DNA from: a virus
Lineage: Duplodnaviria; Heunggongvirae; Uroviricota; Caudoviricetes
Virus record (IMG/VR): IMGVR_UViG_3300035208_005635
Location: 64,001-98,792 of that record
DNA length: 34,792 bases
Strand: one strand, 5' to 3'
Shown: piece by piece, positions 32,002 through 34,792 of the stretch
Numbering within the stretch: position 1 is the stretch's first letter
Layout of the letters: every line of letters begins with the position of its first letter
Translations under genes and position numbers: made by a program
Notes under the pieces: generated by a model
What the model was told of the DNA's origin: nothing
What the model saw: the letters and a program-made list of their open reading frames with translations, nothing else
The model's database searches: none

Positions 32002-34792
32002 ATGAGTGAAATAACAAATTCTCCAGGAACAATGTGGAACAACTATTCAGTTGGAACTTTGCTATGGGCCGATATTAATAATGCAAAGGTCAGTGATGGT
32101 TCGTATGCAACAGCAAGTGTTTATAATGTTGACTGGGGATATACTATTAAAGATAAGTTAGTAAAAATTGTTAAAGCGAACAGTAGTATAGGAGACGAAA
32201 ATAAAGGAAATTATACATCTCTAGAAACAAGCGATACTTATAGAGTATATGGTTCAGATAGCGACTTGTGGGGAGAAGTATGGACACCTAACGATATTAA
32301 CAATTCAAATTTTGGTGTTGTTGTTTCATATGAAATAGCAGAGGAATACGGCGGTTTAGTAAGTAATACCTACTATTTAAAGGCTTCTAATTTTAGTTTT
32401 TCAATACCAGACAACTCTACAATATACGGTATTAAGGCTGAAATCGAGGCAAAAGGACTTTCTTACTCAGCTGATTTTAAACATTATGGAACAGCGTATG
32501 TCGACCATATCCGTATTACAGTTTATTATATCGAAGCTAGTTCAACTACAATCTCTTCTAAATGTTCTATTAAAAAAACACTAGAAAAAGTTGTTTCCTC
32601 AAAGTCTAGTATTCAAACACCAGATATATCTAAGACAGTAACCTCAAAAGCCTTAATTACACATTTAAGTCAACAAACACTTTCTTCTAAAGCAAGAATT
32701 TTTACTAGTGGAGTAACAAAATCTTCTCAATCTAAATTAGATATCAAAAAGACTGCCTCTTTGGGTGAGCGAAGAAGAGCTGTTTTAACTATTGACCATA
32801 CTAAAGTCGGAGAAGATTTAGTCGATTATCCTTTATATATAAATCTAGCTGACTTAGACGATACTTTTTGGAGTCAAGTTAAAAATGGAGGAGGGGATAT
32901 TAGAATATTTTTATCAGACGGAACAACTGAGTGCCCTCGTGAAATAGTATCTTGTGATACCTCTACTAAGACTGGAGAAGTTCATACTTTAATTTCTTCT
33001 GTTTCTTCCTCTGTTGATACTATAGTCTATTTATACTACGGAGACCCTAATCTAAATGATTATGAGGTTACTGATATTTATGGTGCCCAAGCGGTGTGGG
33101 GAAGTAATGCAAAACTTATTGCTAATTTTGAGGGGAATACAAATGACAGTTCTGGTAATAATGGGGCAGGAACAATAAACGGGACTGTTGATGAGGTTGC
33201 TGGTAAAATTGGGAAAGCATACGATTTTGACGGACTTGGTAATTATATAGATTATGGAAAAGATGTTTTAGACGGATTAGATGATTTTACTATTAGTGCT
33301 TGGATAAAAAACAGAAACCCAATAATTGGGTCAGACTATCGTCAACAAATAATCGGAAACGGTAGATATGGAGTAAGCATTTGGGGTTTTGATTTAGAGG
33401 GTGGTGATACTTTAAGGCTTCACTACAATAATAATCAATATATTAGTGATTTTACTGGACTAAATGATAACCAAGACCACCTTGTTAAAGTTGTGCATAG
33501 TGGCTCTAATTTAATTTTTTACGTTGACGGAGTTAAGCAGGTTAAGTCTGCTTTTAGTGGTGCGGTTAGTGGTTTGACAAATTCTTATATTGCCACAAGA
33601 TACCCGCTTAATGATTTTAGAAGATTTATTGGAACGATTGATAGTATCAGAGTTATAGGAGAAATACAATCAGATAATTATATTCTTACCGAATACAACA
33701 ACCAATCAGAATCAGATACTTTCTACTCTATTACTTATGAAACTTTAGTAAACAATGGTTTAACTTCTAAATCTAGGATTCAGATTATAGACATTACAAA
33801 GACTGTTTCTTCCAAAGCGAGAATACAAAGAATAGAATCTAAAATCTTAACTTCAAAAGCAAGCATCTTTAAGGTCGCTCTAAAAACAGTTTCTTCAAAA
33901 TCCGCTATTCAGAGAACCTTTGAGAAGTCTGTGTCTTCAAAAGCGAGAATTCAAATATCTAACATAACGAAAACAGCTACTTCTAAAGCTAGAATCTTAA
34001 CGGGAGGAGTTATAAAATCGGTATCTTCTAAATTAGATATTAAGAAAACTGCCCATTGGGGAGTAAGACGAAGATATAAGATAACTATAGACCATACAAA
34101 GGTTGGTGGAAATGATATTAATTATCCTTTATTTATAGATTTAGGATTATTAGATAATAATTTTTGGAACTATGTCCGAAATGGTGGTGGCGATATAAGA
34201 GTATTTGCTTCTGACGGAATTACTGAATTGCCGAGAGAAGTAGTGACTTGTGACACCTCGGCTAAAATAGGAGAAGTTCATACAAAAGTAGCCTCTATTT
34301 CTACCTCTGTTGATACAGTAATTTATCTCTATTATGGAAATTTTAGTGCGACTGACTACGCTCCTACTGACCCTTACGGGAGAAATGCAGTATGGACAGA
34401 CTTAGCTACTGTTTGGCATATGAAAGATTTGACTACTTCCTCTATTCAGGGAAGTAAGGGGGCTTATGATTTGACAAAAATAGGAGCCAATCAACCCATA
34501 GAAATTTCTGCGAAGATAGGAAAAGGGCAAGATTATGATGGAGTAAATGATTCTGCCTATACGGCTAAAGAAGCAGTAGATACCTCAATTCCCCACAGTT
34601 TTGTGGCTTGGGTATATTGGGATGTCGCACAAGGAACAAATAATAGAGGAATCATAGATAAGTTTAAAATGGAAACAGGCAACCACCAGAGTGGCTCTAA
34701 CTTGATGTTGTCAAAAGATAATAAAAGATTAAAGCATCAAATAGGTGATGGTGTGGGTTATCACACACAAACCCTTGAATGGGATACTAATT
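32002..34792 (+). CDS. Large tail fibre/adhesin-like protein: N-terminal beta domain, repeat shafts, at least 2x(DUF2341 + LamG-like); 3' truncated, not in ORF track
   Basis: Translated by hand from ATG32002 (MSEITNSPGTMW) with no stop to the window end; contains YPLYINL...VKNGGGDIRIF...PREIVSCDT twice plus SK repeats. Confidence 0.88.
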   Translation, partial: MSEITNSPGTMWNNYSVGTLLWADINNAKVSDGSYATASVYNVDWGYTIKDKLVKIVKANSSIGDENKGNYTSLETSDTYRVYGSDSDLWGEVWTPNDINNSNFGVVVSYEIAEEYGGLVSNTYYLKASNFSFSIPDNSTIYGIKAEIEAKGLSYSADFKHYGTAYVDHIRITVYYIEASSTTISSKCSIKKTLEKVVSSKSSIQTPDISKTVTSKALITHLSQQTLSSKARIFTSGVTKSSQSKLDIKKTASLGERRRAVLTIDHTKVGEDLVDYPLYINLADLDDTFWSQVKNGGGDIRIFLSDGTTECPREIVSCDTSTKTGEVHTLISSVSSSVDTIVYLYYGDPNLNDYEVTDIYGAQAVWGSNAKLIANFEGNTNDSSGNNGAGTINGTVDEVAGKIGKAYDFDGLGNYIDYGKDVLDGLDDFTISAWIKNRNPIIGSDYRQQIIGNGRYGVSIWGFDLEGGDTLRLHYNNNQYISDFTGLNDNQDHLVKVVHSGSNLIFYVDGVKQVKSAFSGAVSGLTNSYIATRYPLNDFRRFIGTIDSIRVIGEIQSDNYILTEYNNQSESDTFYSITYETLVNNGLTSKSRIQIIDITKTVSSKARIQRIESKILTSKASIFKVALKTVSSKSAIQRTFEKSVSSKARIQISNITKTATSKARILTGGVIKSVSSKLDIKKTAHWGVRRRYKITIDHTKVGGNDINYPLFIDLGLLDNNFWNYVRNGGGDIRVFASDGITELPREVVTCDTSAKIGEVHTKVASISTSVDTVIYLYYGNFSATDYAPTDPYGRNAVWTDLATVWHMKDLTTSSIQGSKGAYDLTKIGANQPIEISAKIGKGQDYDGVNDSAYTAKEAVDTSIPHSFVAWVYWDVAQGTNNRGIIDKFKMETGNHQSGSNLMLSKDNKRLKHQIGDGVGYHTQTLEWDTN
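32539..32754 (+). repeat. Five [IVL]xSKxx[IVL] repeats
   Basis: ISSKCSI, VSSKSSI, VTSKALI, LSSKARI, SQSKLDI. Confidence 0.8.
33748..34050 (+). repeat. Seven [IVL]xSKxx[IVL] repeats
   Basis: LTSKSRI, VSSKARI, LTSKASI, VSSKSAI, VSSKARI, ATSKARI, VSSKLDI. Confidence 0.8.

Larger units (their letters stand above)
1..34792 (+). mobile_element. Siphovirus-like tailed phage/prophage genome segment (head-neck-tail module with embedded accessory genes)
   Basis: Co-oriented portal, minor head, prohead protease, capsid, neck, tail tube, frameshifted chaperones, tape measure and Dit genes; no host housekeeping operons seen. Confidence 0.97.

Noticed and set aside
20938-34792. Diversity-generating retroelement (TR/VR pair) among the repeated fibre segments
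   Set aside because: The four DUF2341 copies differ at all base types and largely at synonymous positions, not specifically at adenines; all copies are in coding frame; no reverse transcriptase in the window.
1-34792. Alternative genetic code (TGA or TAG recoding)
   Set aside because: Long genes are intact in code 11, and TAG and TGA stops fall at sensible gene ends, including ATGA overlaps.

Overview
The whole window is the virion-morphogenesis region of an AT-rich (roughly one third GC by eye) long-tailed dsDNA phage or prophage with siphovirus morphology. All credible genes are on the + strand in genetic code 11. The order is: HK97-type portal (5' truncated), Mu gpF/SPP1 gp7-like minor head protein, an accessory block (FmdB Zn ribbon, thioredoxin, papain-like protease, glycosyltransferases, peptide deformylase, methyltransferases), a sigma70 promoter with a structured leader, a prohead protease with an acidic scaffold-like tail, the major capsid protein, and a second glycosyltransferase/methyltransferase block. 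These are followed by a small virion protein, holin-like genes, a 1245-aa DUF2341/LamG fibre that ends in a head-closure (stopper) domain, adaptor, HK97 gp10-like neck protein, tail terminator, tail tube, G/GT chaperones with a -1 frameshift site, tape measure, Dit, and a second DUF2341/LamG repeat protein that runs off the end and is missing from the ORF track. The main points of interest are five: (1) a putative lectin fibre genetically fused to the head-closure protein; (2) a ~14-15 aa repeat shared by two fibres and the adaptor N-terminus; (3) a glycan-building set of six glycosyltransferase genes and three methyltransferase domains (one fused to a P-loop kinase) embedded among head genes; (4) near-complete avoidance of GATC, CATG, GTAC and GCGC; (5) two candidate structured RNAs. 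Starts lacking Shine-Dalgarno motifs plus a canonical sigma70 promoter suggest, by inference, a Patescibacteria (CPR)-like host. All family calls are by motif recognition and all counts are manual; no searches were run.
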